Positions 1 through 11,293 of a stretch of 64,000 nucleotides of DNA are shown piece by piece. The notes beneath the pieces were generated by a model. It was not told where the DNA came from and did not search any database. It saw only the letters and a list, made by a program, of their open reading frames with translations. This DNA comes from Fimbriosthenelais zetlandica (lineage: Eukaryota). The first letter of the stretch is position 1; each line of letters starts with the position of its first letter. The position numbers were made by a program, and so were the translations under genes. Location: contig OZ365118.1 of the NCBI GenBank assembly GCA_977030845.1, positions 3,410,001-3,474,000 on the forward strand, written 5' to 3'.

Positions 1-2948
1 CTTCCTCACTATGTTCATGTCAGGTATGAAGGAGAGCTGCTCAGATCTGATCACCATGGATACCGTGGATCTACACCTCATGAAGAAACTCATAGACTTC
101 ATGTACACGGGCGAGATCGAAGGTAAACTAATATAAGATACCTCACATCTCATGTAGGACCGAATTGGTTTTGATATTACTAATATTATAATCTGTTTTA
201 TCTCCTACTCGATTGGATTGTTTTAAAAATTAAAGGTTTTTTAAAAATTTTTCAGTGACGACTGATAATGCGCAGGAATTAGTCGTGCTGTCAGATATGC
301 TCCAAATGGAGCACCTGAAAAAACAGTGTGAGCTCTACATGCATCGACACCTGGAGGCCAACAACTGCTTAGGTGAGTACGACTACCACTACTAGATCAG
401 CCATAAAAATCTCTCTCCAGCTTGCCTTTTGTTTCTTTCATATTTTAACATTTTGCCTCACTAGATATGATCTTTTCCTGTCTTTGATATTTGTAATCTT
501 CATCCTCACTAGGTATGATATTTGTAATCTTCATCTCACTAGGTATGATATTTGTAATCTTCATCCTCACTAGGTATGATATTTGTAATCTTCATCTCAC
601 TAGGTATGATTGAGTTTGGTCGTAAGTTCAGCTGCCCGGACCTGGTCTGTAAGGCAGTGAGTTTAGTAAAGAAGCGCTTCTCAGCCATCGTCAACAGTGA
701 GGAGCTGCTCGACCTATCTCACTCTACACTGAGGGAAATACTACTGTATGAAGACCTCTGTCTGGGTACGTGTTCAAATCAGATTCATACTGATACTGTT
801 TAAAAATGCTGAATAAAAAAGGGGAAATAAGATGTCCTGTACTCAAAATTCATAGGCTATAGACCCTGATTTCCTTCTGAATTTACTCCGATATTTTCTG
901 GATATTTGATATAATTCTGTGATTTTGTGACATTGTTAGGACCTCGCGGGGAGGATGTAGTATTGGAGGCAGCATTAAGATGGTTAGAACATGATAGTGA
1001 GGACAGAATGGCTCAGTTTGTGGACGTCCTCCCGCACATTAACTTGGCCGCCGTCACTCTCTCCTACATCCAGAAAGTCCTGGAGAAGGCCGTCATCAGA
1101 GAGGACTCGGGTAAATATAACTCAACATACATACTCCTACAGGATATTAGGCTGAATTTCCCACCCCATGTTGTTGTTGATGGGAGTGACATTTTAGGAT
1201 TCTTTCTTTCAGTCACCACAGGGCTTTTACAGAACGCTTCAAATCAACCCAATAAATGTCTGAGAGTGCCACAACAGTTCATCTATGCAATAGGTGGTTA
1301 TTTCCAATCTAGGACAGGGTAAGAAACTTATGTTAATATATAGCAGCATTGCTTCTAAGGATTTTTAACCTGTTTTCCAACTATAGTAACACTTATTTAT
1401 CATATTTCCTACAGACCTACGTGTCCGCGGACATCTAGTGTTGAGAGATTTAACGTACAGACCCGGGAGTGGAGCTCAGTGGCTCCTCTACCTATACTAC
1501 CCTCCCTCACATACGCCTTCAACATGCAGGTGGGTAAATCCTATACATATAATCAAATATTAGTCAAACTTCTGCTTTACGCGACTTCGCTTTGAACTGA
1601 GCTTTCTTGTTCTCTCTTCAACATTCCATGGGAAATGAACAACTACTTGTAGAGTTCATTCCATGGAACAGAGTGTTAGAATTCCATAATTCAGACACGA
1701 GATAACAAAACTTCTTTATAGTAGTAATGTTTATAATACACATTTCTATTTCTCTGTAACAGGGACGGTTGTTGGTGATCGCCTTTGACCATCACCTGTC
1801 TGACCCCACCACCAGCGGGTCCAGCAGTGATAACAGTAATGACCCAGCATTACGTAAAGGTCTCTTTGAGTATAACTACCTTGAGGATGAATGGATCAAC
1901 ATGACCAGCTCAGTCAGTGACCACATCTTTGATCTGCTCAGAGAAACTCTCCAGAGCTCAGGCTCCATCACTTTCTGCCCTAAACATAACTACATGTACC
2001 TACTTAGCCAGCGCTTCTTCCACCGAGTCACAGTGGAGGAGATAGAGGGAGATATAGTGATGGAGAAAGTCATGGCTCTTAATCAGCTGAGCTGCTCAGG
2101 GAGTAGCTCGAGTGAGTACAATAACAAGCCGCATGAGGATGATATAGGACTGGTCAGCCATGAGGGGTATGTGTACGGGTTTGGAGGGACAGTGCAGCCG
2201 TCTGAGCTGGATTTCTGGTCATCTGGTAATGTATATAGGTACGATGGTAAACTGGATGAGTGGACACCACGGAGGAAGATGATCTCTCCCCGAGGCCGGG
2301 TGGGGGCGGTGTCATTAGGTGGGTACATCATCCCTTACCCTCAATATGGCGACCTTCTAGGCGAAATAAAATATAGTGACTTTTTAAAAATTTCCATTTT
2401 GTAATGAATATAGGACAACATATACCGGACAAAATATTATGAAATCAATTGCTTTCCTTTTACAGATGGGAAGTTGTATGTAGTGGGCGGATTTGGGAAA
2501 TACAGGGAGAATAAACTGGAGGTATACGATCCAACATCTGACACGTGGGAGACTCGACAAGACATGGAGAAACGGCGCAGTCACTTCTGTGTGGTCACGG
2601 CCGCAGGCAAGATATGGGCAATAGGCGGTAAGTCACTGACTTCAGTCACAAACTTTATCATTTCCTTAGACCAAAGACTTTTAGGCTGAGGAAATTTCCA
2701 TACAAAGTTAATTGTATTGTTAATTTGTATTTCCCTTTTTTGTTCATTTCCAGAGGTCATTTTTCATTTTACAGATGAAATTCACTATATATAATCTCCT
2801 TTCAGGGAAGTCGTACGCCTTTGGGTGTGGAGGAGCTAGGAAGGTTCTCAAGTCTATAGAGATGTATGATACAGATAGTGACACCTGGGTTCAGCTAGAT
2901 GAACTCATGACTAACGCGAGATGTGGATTCTCAGCGGCCGTTTTATGA
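1..2948 (+). CDS. Kelch-like (BTB-BACK-Kelch) protein, 5'-partial; coding exons join(<1..122,256..372,604..765,940..1110,1213..1318,1415..1529,1763..2318,2466..2627,2806..2948), about 550 aa in the window
   Basis: Manual splicing gives one open frame with GT-AG introns and consistent phases (1,1,1,1,2,0,1,1). BTB C-terminal half FLTMFMSGMKES...LIDFMYTGEI-VTTDNAQELVVLSDMLQM; BACK region NNCLG...EDVVLEAALRWLEHD; Kelch repeats FIYAIGG...VERFNVQTREW, YVYGFGG...VYRYDGKLDEW, DGKLYVVGG...LEVYDPTSDTW, GKIWAIGG...IEMYDTDSDTW; stop TGA 2946-2948. Orthologue cannot be assigned by eye. Confidence 0.93.
486..607 (+). repeat. Tandem repeat, 4 copies alternating 31/30 bp (GATATTTGTAATCTTCATC[C]TCACTAGGTAT), overlapping the exon-3 splice acceptor of the kelch gene
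   Basis: Copies at 486-516, 517-546, 547-577, 578-607, identical apart from one C; each contains CACTAG|GTATGAT. Confidence 0.95.
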
Positions 2949-3051
2949 CAAAGTCCCGGGTAGACATGACTGAGAAGAGACATGGAGCGCAGAAAACTCA
3001 GGCCAAATGTTTAACTCACTGTTTTTAATATATTGGCTAATAACAAACAGA

Positions 3052-3125
3052 TACAGTGCTCTCTTAATACGATCATCTATGGGACCGACCAACAGCGGTC
3101 TTTCTAGGGAAGTAACCACTACTTA
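3052..3125. mobile_element. Possible decayed non-autonomous DNA-transposon (TA|CAGT-terminus) fragment downstream of the kelch stop codon
   Basis: TACAGTG...CATCTATGGGACCGACC...GCGGTCTTTCTAGGGAAG resembles, from memory, common invertebrate MITE-like ends; no matching second terminus or TSD found. Confidence 0.25.
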
Positions 3126-3552
3126 ATTGGTATAACAGGTCCAAAGTGACTTAGTCGTAACAACTAATCTAAAATTTAGATTATTTTAATATTTGGCATC
3201 GTTTGGTTTTAATTAAATAATTATCTATCTGCCAGTAGCATTGTTTTAATCTACAGCCTTGCCTCAGCATTATAGCTTCAATGTCGCAGTGATATTATAA
3301 GCCAAAGTGATACCAGTTCGTTCAAAAGAGGATATGTATTTCTCACCACATCCCCCAAAAGGACTGCATCATATATAAGTCCAGTTCAGCATGATGGAAT
3401 GTTATACTCATTTTGTATCGTCAAAGTTAGTGCTCAGTACTCTTGCATGATATATAATTCCATATAAATTTCTTTAGGATTCTACTTAATATTTCTTGAT
3501 CGGAGTCTACAATACACAGATGATGTACATGTGAAATTGTTCAGACGAAATC

Positions 3553-3558
3553 AATAAA
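3553..3558 (+). terminator. Candidate polyadenylation signal of the kelch gene
   Basis: AATAAA about 600 bp downstream of the stop and upstream of the next promoter-like region. Confidence 0.4.
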
Positions 3559-3769
3559 AGATTATTGATTGAATAACTCTTTAGAACTGTCTTTTAGCCT
3601 AAAAATGATTTCATTTATCTGATCTTCATTGCTTAAACTTAATACTTTGCAAGAGGAGTTTTGTTAGAGCCAGCCTACATATCGTAGTGAATAGTTGGGT
3701 ATAAGGTATACGGACAGATGGATTCAACTATAGATTCATCAATGAATTATAAATTAATCTACCGTATCG

Positions 3770-4167
3770 GGGTTACTGTATAATCCGCTCATCGGCTCAT
3801 TGCCTCGTGCCTACAGCATCTAAACCTCCCAATATAAAGGCGCCTAATTATTTATTGATTGGAATTTTCGTCACTATGGCGACGTAAGGTGGGGGTTGCG
3901 TGCCTACCAGCCCGGCCGAGTGGCTCACAACTTACTCTGCCTTCTCAGTCCACCTTACTATACCGAGTACCTGTTTTTAGTCTACATCACCTACCAGTCT
4001 AAGACCGACTCGGATATTATTTCCCAACTTTATCAAATATCCTCCCTGGATGGAGAAAGGGGACAAGATGGATAAATCTACCTTCAAGGAGCATGTGAAG
4101 TCTCTCAACTAGGAATGTAATTTCATTTGGAAGAACCAAACGAAGATTAAATACGGAAAGGCATAAG
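3770..4167 (+). promoter_or_regulatory. Putative promoter and non-coding first exon of the fucosyltransferase gene
   Basis: Local CpG-rich patch 3770-3960 (including TATGGCGACG); strong donor AAG|GTAAGC at 4168 and acceptor TTTTAACAG at 4456, nine nt before the ATG at 4466. Confidence 0.5.
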
Positions 4168-4465
4168 GTAAGCATTTTCTCGTTCCATGGTACTCAGCTA
4201 TTTCAGAAACCATTGCTTTCAGACTAGGGACCCTGAGACCAGTTAAGTATATTCTGAGGATTTGCATCAAGTAGAACAGAGCTATCTACATTGTTTCTCC
4301 TTTCTTCAAGATTTTATTGCCAATCTAAATCAAAAATATCTTTTAAAAGAAGAAACCTATACTATCCTCAACTCAGTTAGTTTGACTTTTCTTTATCATC
4401 CAGCAAAAGGAACTGACTCTGAACATCACCAAAATCTTTTAAACAGGTTTTAACAGATCATCAAG

Positions 4466-5928
4466 ATGGAGGCTTCAGTGGGTAAGCTATTATTGAGACG
4501 GCTCTGTAGGCGCTGGCTCGTGATGGTAACAGCCGTCATCATGCTCCTCACCTTCCTCTACAACACACCAGGTGGCAGCAACGTCTGGTGGTTGACAGGA
4601 AGAGCGCCTAAAGACTCCACCGACTGTCTGACTAACATCAATGACTACACCTCCATCGACAGAATGTTCGATGAGATCATTCTGGAACCGAAAACTATCT
4701 TATTCTGGACTAAGTTCTATGGTAGTCATGATTTCGGTTTCGGTCTGGGACAGAATCCCTTCTGGGTGAGTTTATACTGATATTAAATATACCTTTTTGC
4801 AATTTAATGAAATAAAAAAAGGTTCATGATTTTGAATAGAGCTCTTCTCCCCAAGGGTGGATGTGTAGTAATACCCAAGGGAGTATAACCGAGCTACCCA
4901 CGGAGAATGTCACTTCATTCTCCATGGGTAGGGGGAACGGAACCTTAATGTTATTTGAAGCTAACGGCAATGCCAGATATGAAATAATTAACATTTTACT
5001 TTGTCTTTTTAAGGATCACAAATGTCGCAATGCTAACTGCATCGCGACCTCCAACCAGTCTGCCATCGCTGGGGCAGACGCTGTGGTGTTCCACTGGGGC
5101 GACCTCCTCCAGACAGGGGTCATCCCCAAAATGAGGAAAAAATCACAGGTGTATGTGTTCTTCAACATGGAACCGCCCCAAAAAATGGACCCGGCGAGTC
5201 ATGAGAAGCTGAGGGGCTATAACGGATTCTTTAATTATACCATGACCTATCTCAGAGGGTCATCAATACTGAATCCATTCAATAAATTCGTCAAGAGGAC
5301 GACTCCTGTACCTAAAGTCATAGAGGCAGCTAAAACAGCTACGGCCGGCAAGACAAAGATGGTGGCTTGGTATTCATATTGTGATGAAGACCCACTGGGT
5401 AAAAGCTACCTCGAGGAACTACAGAAATACATAGATGTGGACACCTACGGTCCCTGCGGCAAGCTGCAGTGTGGGCCCATCGACAGCACCACATGCTGGG
5501 ATCTATTTGAGAAAGAATACTATTTCTTTTTCGCCATGGAATCTGTCATGTGTAAGGACTACATAACTGAAAGGAGTTTCAGACCTCTTAATTTTAATAT
5601 AGTACCCGTGGTGTTCGCTGGAGGAAACATCACCAATTCCATGCCTCCCAACTCCCACATCAATGTCTTGGGCTTCCCCAATCCGAAATCATTGGCTGAT
5701 TTTCTCAAAACGATATCTAAAGATTATGGGGCGTATATGTGGTACATGGAATGGAAGCAGCATTTACAGTATGTGGGATGGGGGCAGGGCTTCTGTGAGC
5801 TCTGTGACGCTATCAATACTCATAGAGTCAGAGAGAGTATAGTGTGGGACTTGGCTAGCTTCTGGTCCAACGATAAATGTGGCAAAAACTTCATGGAGCA
5901 TTTTAAATCACAGTGGATGGGGAATTAA
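4466..5928 (+). CDS. Alpha-1,3/4-fucosyltransferase-like protein (glycosyltransferase family 10), join(4466..4765,5014..5928), 404 aa, type II membrane protein
   Basis: Basic N-tail plus TM (RRLCRRWLVMVTAVIMLLTFLY); ILFWT, DAVVFH, YVFFNMEPP, FNYTMTY, VAW, YLEELQKYIDVDTYGPCG, YYFFFAMESVMCKDYITER, VPVVF, PPNSHINV motifs; donor TGG|GTGAGT at 4766, acceptor TTTTTAAG|GAT at 5013, phase 0; stop TAA 5926-5928. Confidence 0.93.
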
Positions 5929-5971
5929 TGTCAAATTCCCGTGATGATGAATGCATGTGTATGACAGAGAA

Positions 5972-6006
5972 CTTATAAAACATGCTTATAAACATACTTA
6001 TAAACA
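5972..6006 (+). repeat. Short tandem repeat, about 12 bp x3 (CTTATAAACA-core), in the fucosyltransferase 3' region
   Basis: cttataaaacatg-cttataaacata-cttataaaca read directly. Confidence 0.75.
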
Positions 6007-7838
6007 GGACTTTTTCTAGGGTTATTTGATGACAAGCTCACACATCTGATCCAAGTTCCTGGGTGATTATCATAAAGGAATATAAGACTGCATCACCTCA
6101 GAATACCATAGATATATGATGGTTACTATAATGTGCATTGTCTCTTACACTTCATCCTTCAGCTATATGATAGCTGACATGTATTGACATTACTGTGAAT
6201 GAATTGATGTTAATCTCATGCGTCCACACCGTTCAGATACAGTCCAGTACCAGTTCATGATATTATATAGAGAAAGTCAGATTAGTGCATATTGACTTTA
6301 CACTTATATATAATATACAAGCGCCACTTCAGGCCGAGCAAGACCACAGATTCAGAGATAAATATACTCATATTATGTATGTCAAAAGATATTATGTAAA
6401 TCACCGAAACAGTATATCACTGAATAGAAACCAATGCCTTCCTGGTTATTCTCGCGTCTCCGGTTGGTAATAAGGTGGCGCCATCCTAAACAGAGGCGGA
6501 AAGCGCGAGAACTAAACCCACCCAACAACAAGCTGCTGCTATAAATGAATATGTCGATACACAATGTATTTAAAACTAGTAAATATGTGAACAATGTGGT
6601 ATAATAATTATAATGTACAGTTAGTTAAAACCACTGCATGGATGTTAGATATTACCTAATGTTAATTTATTGCTGTTAATAAATGTATTATCAATTACTT
6701 CTCTTTCAGGGTTCCATCTTTCATGCGCCTGTCTTACCTGATAAAAGTGAAACTAAGTTCTTCAATCCAAGTAAAATATCTGTGATAAATACATGCTATT
6801 TAATGATCTAAAATTACAAAGAATTGCCCTGCCTTAGTGGGATGTATATCATTTAGACCAAGGGAAATGAAAGAGGTCTGGCTTGTTTGCGATTTGCTTC
6901 AATGGTTGTTAGGCTAACATGGACCATGAAAGGGCAGAAATGAGGTCCATTTCCATGCTTTTTGAACCGGCGCAGCCATTGAAAAGAAACGAAGGAATAC
7001 AAACATGTATAAGTGTGTATACACATAATTAGTGGTTACAGAGAGCTACCTGACTCCACCGGCCTTTACAAACCTACCGGGTTAACGGTTAAAGGCAAAT
7101 ACAGATTTCTGTTACTTCAAGTGGCTTTTTGTGGGTTTGTGAAAAGCATGGATGAATGTTGTGGTCTAGATCAACACTCATTTTATCGGCTTCTTTAACT
7201 AAGGCGAAATACATCAGGGGTTTCAGAAAACAGAGAAGTCTGGAAAGCGTATATCAGAGCAGAATTGAACTTCTAGATGACATAAATTAGTAGTTCAAGT
7301 GTTAACTTGTGAATCATTATACGAACTGACCTTTCATTTGTACTCCAGTAAAGTTTCTGGTACCTTTAGTTGCCAAATGTCATTTTTCTTTATTCTCAGC
7401 TCATTATTCCAGCTGTTCCGAGCAGGTGTGAGCTCGACTGAGTGACTCACAATCAGCCAAGTGAGCAAATTGGTTTTTCTAGCAAAGAAAATCACATCCG
7501 CAGGGGGTAGGGGCTGCGGGGGCTGGCCCCTGACCCCGGTGTGACAATTCCACATGGATGCCACTCAGACCTCCGACTAGATCATGTTTCCCACGGACCT
7601 TCTGGCCGCAGGAGGAATGGTCAGAGATCAGGGCTCCAGGGTGGTAGCATGGTAACCATGTAGAAGGCTGGGTATAGCTGGAGGGGTAGGCTGGAGTATA
7701 AACCTCAACCTTCCCACCCCTTGTTTAGCGGGTCATCGCTTATCTCCATCTATTTGAACTATTATCACCCCACGCGCATCACTTTCCCTGGTCGTGTGGT
7801 TCATCCCGTTCCATGGATGATCGGTTTGAGGTTCCATG

Positions 7839-7881
7839 GCCGGCGGACATGGAACTATAGCCGGCGGACATGGAACTATAG
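7839..7881 (+). repeat. 21-bp tandem duplication (GCCGGCGGACATGGAACTATA x2)
   Basis: Two identical copies 7839-7859 and 7860-7880; GTTCCATG (7831-7838) is the inverted complement of CATGGAAC inside each copy. Confidence 0.9.
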
Positions 7882-10800
7882 TATGATAGGATGAACTGAG
7901 CTGTATCCATATCAAAGCTACTCCACGCTACTATACTGTATCATGTGGAGCCGCATTTGTTGGTTTAATGCTTTTAAGAGATTAAAATGCCAACAAATGG
8001 AAAGTAGCATGTGAAAGGGGGGTGTGTTCACAGAAAACACAGCTGTTAGTGGAAGAGAGGGAAAATAACATCATCTGATAGAAATCCATGAACTGGAAGT
8101 TCAATGTTACAAAAGGTAGCTAAATATGAATCATGTCGTTCTCTCCTCTTCCTGCCTTCCCCTCTTCAGGCGTAGCCAAAGGATCTAAGCTCTTTCCTTT
8201 ACCTAATAAGTGTCAACCAACCATATCAAGATAATGTCTTTGGTAGAACTAACCAGTGAGAGGGGTTGCTATTTATTTAAGCCCATAAAATGCAGAAAGG
8301 TCTGTACATTAATTGATTCAGATTTGAACCAATTAGACATTTAAACATGGTATGACATCATGCATGCGGGGAAAAATGAGTTGTTTGAACATGATATGAG
8401 ATGATACTATGATATCATGTATGTACATGTATTTAGTGTGATCAGTCAGGCATGGCGAGCATGATAGTCATGGTAGACTGTCTTATCATGTCTAGTAACG
8501 GTACATGTTATCATGTCTATCATCATCCACTGTCAACTGGTATAGACACGTCTACCGTCATGTGTGAACTAAGTATGGTCTATCATAAATGTCATCAATA
8601 TAGGGCAAACGGGGCAAGCATTCCATGTCACAAAATGCTCTCACAATAGCTCTCCAAACTTTTTTAAGTTATAATTCAAAATTGAACCTTTTAACCGGTC
8701 CTTTCAAATGTATAATTGTCCCAGAAGTTTTAAATAATGGGATTAATTTAAACAATTATGGGGAGGGTGGACAGATCAACAGTATATTTTTCATGGTACA
8801 TCCAGGTAAGCGGGGAATTCCTGTAACATACCCTGTCATCTAAGTCTGGGATTCTGCCAGGGGGCTTTAAATAAAGTTCCTGATCTCCTGGATCAATTTA
8901 ACAGAAGACCAGAGTGTTATTGTTAAGGATACTCTGAGAAAGTGGAGGCACAATTATAAGTGTTGTTTCATATAAAGCATTCAAACTGCCCCATATTCAG
9001 TCATAACATGATACAATCTAACATAAAAGTATCAACCATGACAATCTATATAGAAGTTTATCAACCATTTCCTTGCCAAGGGAAATAACCCACTTCCTTC
9101 ATAATTAAAGTAAACTCTCCCATCATTAATAAGTGAAGCAAAGTGGAAATCGAAAACTCCCACACAAATTATATCCCCATCTATCCGGGGCTAGACGTGA
9201 TCGATCCAGAAATAAAACGACCAGCAAAACCAAGACAATTGGTCACAGATAGAAATGAGCGGGAGAAAGAGAAAGTGTGTGTGTGGGTCGGGGTTTCTGT
9301 CGGGATGTAGGCCTATTTGTTGGGGTGGTGACAGGCTATGTGAAGCATGTATTTGAGGTGTGATAGGAGATGAGTGAGAGAATAATGGGACGTTGAGAGA
9401 CTCTCGCCCTCTCTCTACTTCAGACACCCGCCTCGCTTGTACTGATTGATGAAGGGTATAGAGGGAGGGTTGGGGGTGGGGGGGTATGGGGGGGGGGGGG
9501 CGTTCATCTGAGGTCAAGACATGTCAGACCACCGAGGTGTAGGAGGATCTGAGATCAACTCACTAAACTTGTATATGACCGCCATATATCATTCATAACT
9601 AAATCATCATTTACAATCAACTACCTTCAAGGAATTCCTCTTGGTGGAATTTCAAACAATCTACAAGATGTTATCCTTTATAATAACATGTATATCATTC
9701 CAAAGTCTTATATTAAGTGTTTCTGCAACATTTTAAAATATCGACTTGCAAACTTATCACAATACTATCGCATGAGCCAAGCAATTCCAGTCCATGTTAG
9801 GAAACTCTTTTCTCAATACATTTGGTCGTTGCCTTAAATGATAAAAAATATTTTTTTAAGCAGAGAAAATGCTATGTGCAGGTTGCACGTCGACATCACA
9901 TGGTTAAGCATGCCTAGCATGGAGCATGTGGCTGTCATGGGTACTTGCTGTGAACATGTCCATCTGGTGATAATTAGACTAGTATCACCTCCACTACAGA
10001 TCTATCTCTACACGGTATATAAACAGATACATTGTGATGGAGGCATGTACAGCTTGTATTTGAAGCCCTATAGCCTTACCCTAACGACCACCACAAGTGA
10101 GGAGCTTGGCCACATAGTTTTAGTTCAGACCATATAGCCAATCTGAGGACCCATATAGCCTATCTGAAGAATGTAGATTACCTGCATGGTCAAAGTAGAA
10201 CCTCAACGAGGCTAATTTCAGCACAAGAAGTATGTATACATGTACTGCCTTCAGGAAAATTCATTTTTAACATTGAAATGATCTAATTCAATGATTCTAC
10301 TTGGTGAAAAAAGGGAACACACATATGCATACCTTCTGGCGAACTTCAAAAACTACCGCAATTAAAAATCGCATGGTCAACCATGTGCTGAAATCTCACA
10401 TATCATCCGAGGCAAAAACTCCCTAATTGAAAACCAACATCTATCTCAAAATTAATTTCACCGCATATGTTTCAGTATGAAATCTAATAAAAACGAGCAC
10501 GTCACCATATGTCTGTGTGGAAGTTTTTCATAAGCATGGGAGGATGATCAAGAGTGGGTATAATTCACCAAACATTGCCATCATATAGACGGTGGTGAGA
10601 GGCCATGATGGGTGTGATATCATGTGTCCACACTTCCACACCTGTAATGTAGGTGTCTAACACCTGTGACTCTACCCATACCCTCAGGGCCATCTCCAGG
10701 TGCTAATCCCGCTGTAATGAAAGCTTAATGTCCTTAACAGCTTCTAGGCATTGTTAAACAACTGGTACATTAGCCACTCACTCAAATACACTGGTCATCC

Positions 10801-11225
10801 CTAACTATTATACAACACTAAAGCTTATCATTCCATGAAATGATAGCCACTTCTTTCCCCTTCACTCCATTCCCACTCTATATAAGCAAAAGTCATGATT
10901 CAAGGCTGGATTAGAAGGTGGTAAATCACGTTAGGTTGAGGTGAATTATGGACAGTCATGGCAGGAATCTGGCCAGTCATGGCATCAATTCACCTCATGA
11001 TGTGACTGGGAGTGTAGGTATGATCAGCCTGTCATATCATAGAGATAGACTGATCATAACGACCATATATCACCACTCATGATTGCCAATGCAATGTCCC
11101 CCAATACATTATACCTCCTTCATTTTATGGATACATATCTAAGGAATATCTGGGGAATTATCAATTCCATTTTCAGCTGAATATATTCAGAGTAAATTGG
11201 CTTCATGCGATATGCAAGATGATGG

Positions 11226-11293
11226 ATGAAAATCAACCATTCTTAAAATATATCAAAAATATGAAAATCAACTATTCTTAAATATATCAAAAT
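11226..11293 (+). repeat. 35/33-bp AT-rich tandem duplication
   Basis: atgaaaatcaaccattcttaaaatatatcaaaaat followed by atgaaaatcaactattcttaaatatatcaaaat. Confidence 0.85.

Noticed and set aside
373-573. ORF with repeated LTRYDI motif
   Set aside because: Translation of the intronic 30/31-bp tandem repeat; it starts at the GT donor of a kelch intron.
2775-2805. Alternative acceptor TTTTACAG at 2774 for the last kelch exon
   Set aside because: Leads to an in-frame TAA after 5 codons; the 2805 acceptor completes the propeller.
3914-3930. Pol III A-box-like CGGCCGAGTGG (tRNA/SINE?)
   Set aside because: No B-box or cloverleaf downstream; better explained as part of the FucT promoter patch.
4861-5013. 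N-terminal 51 codons of the 355-aa ORF
   Set aside because: Intronic; the true N-terminus with TM is in exon 4466-4765, spliced in phase 0 to 5014.
10225-10238. Partial matches to conserved miRNAs (3' end of miR-1 here; miR-124 5' end near 63459; miR-31 5' end near 17524)
   Set aside because: Only 10-13 nt match, the remainder diverges, and no precursor hairpin is evident.
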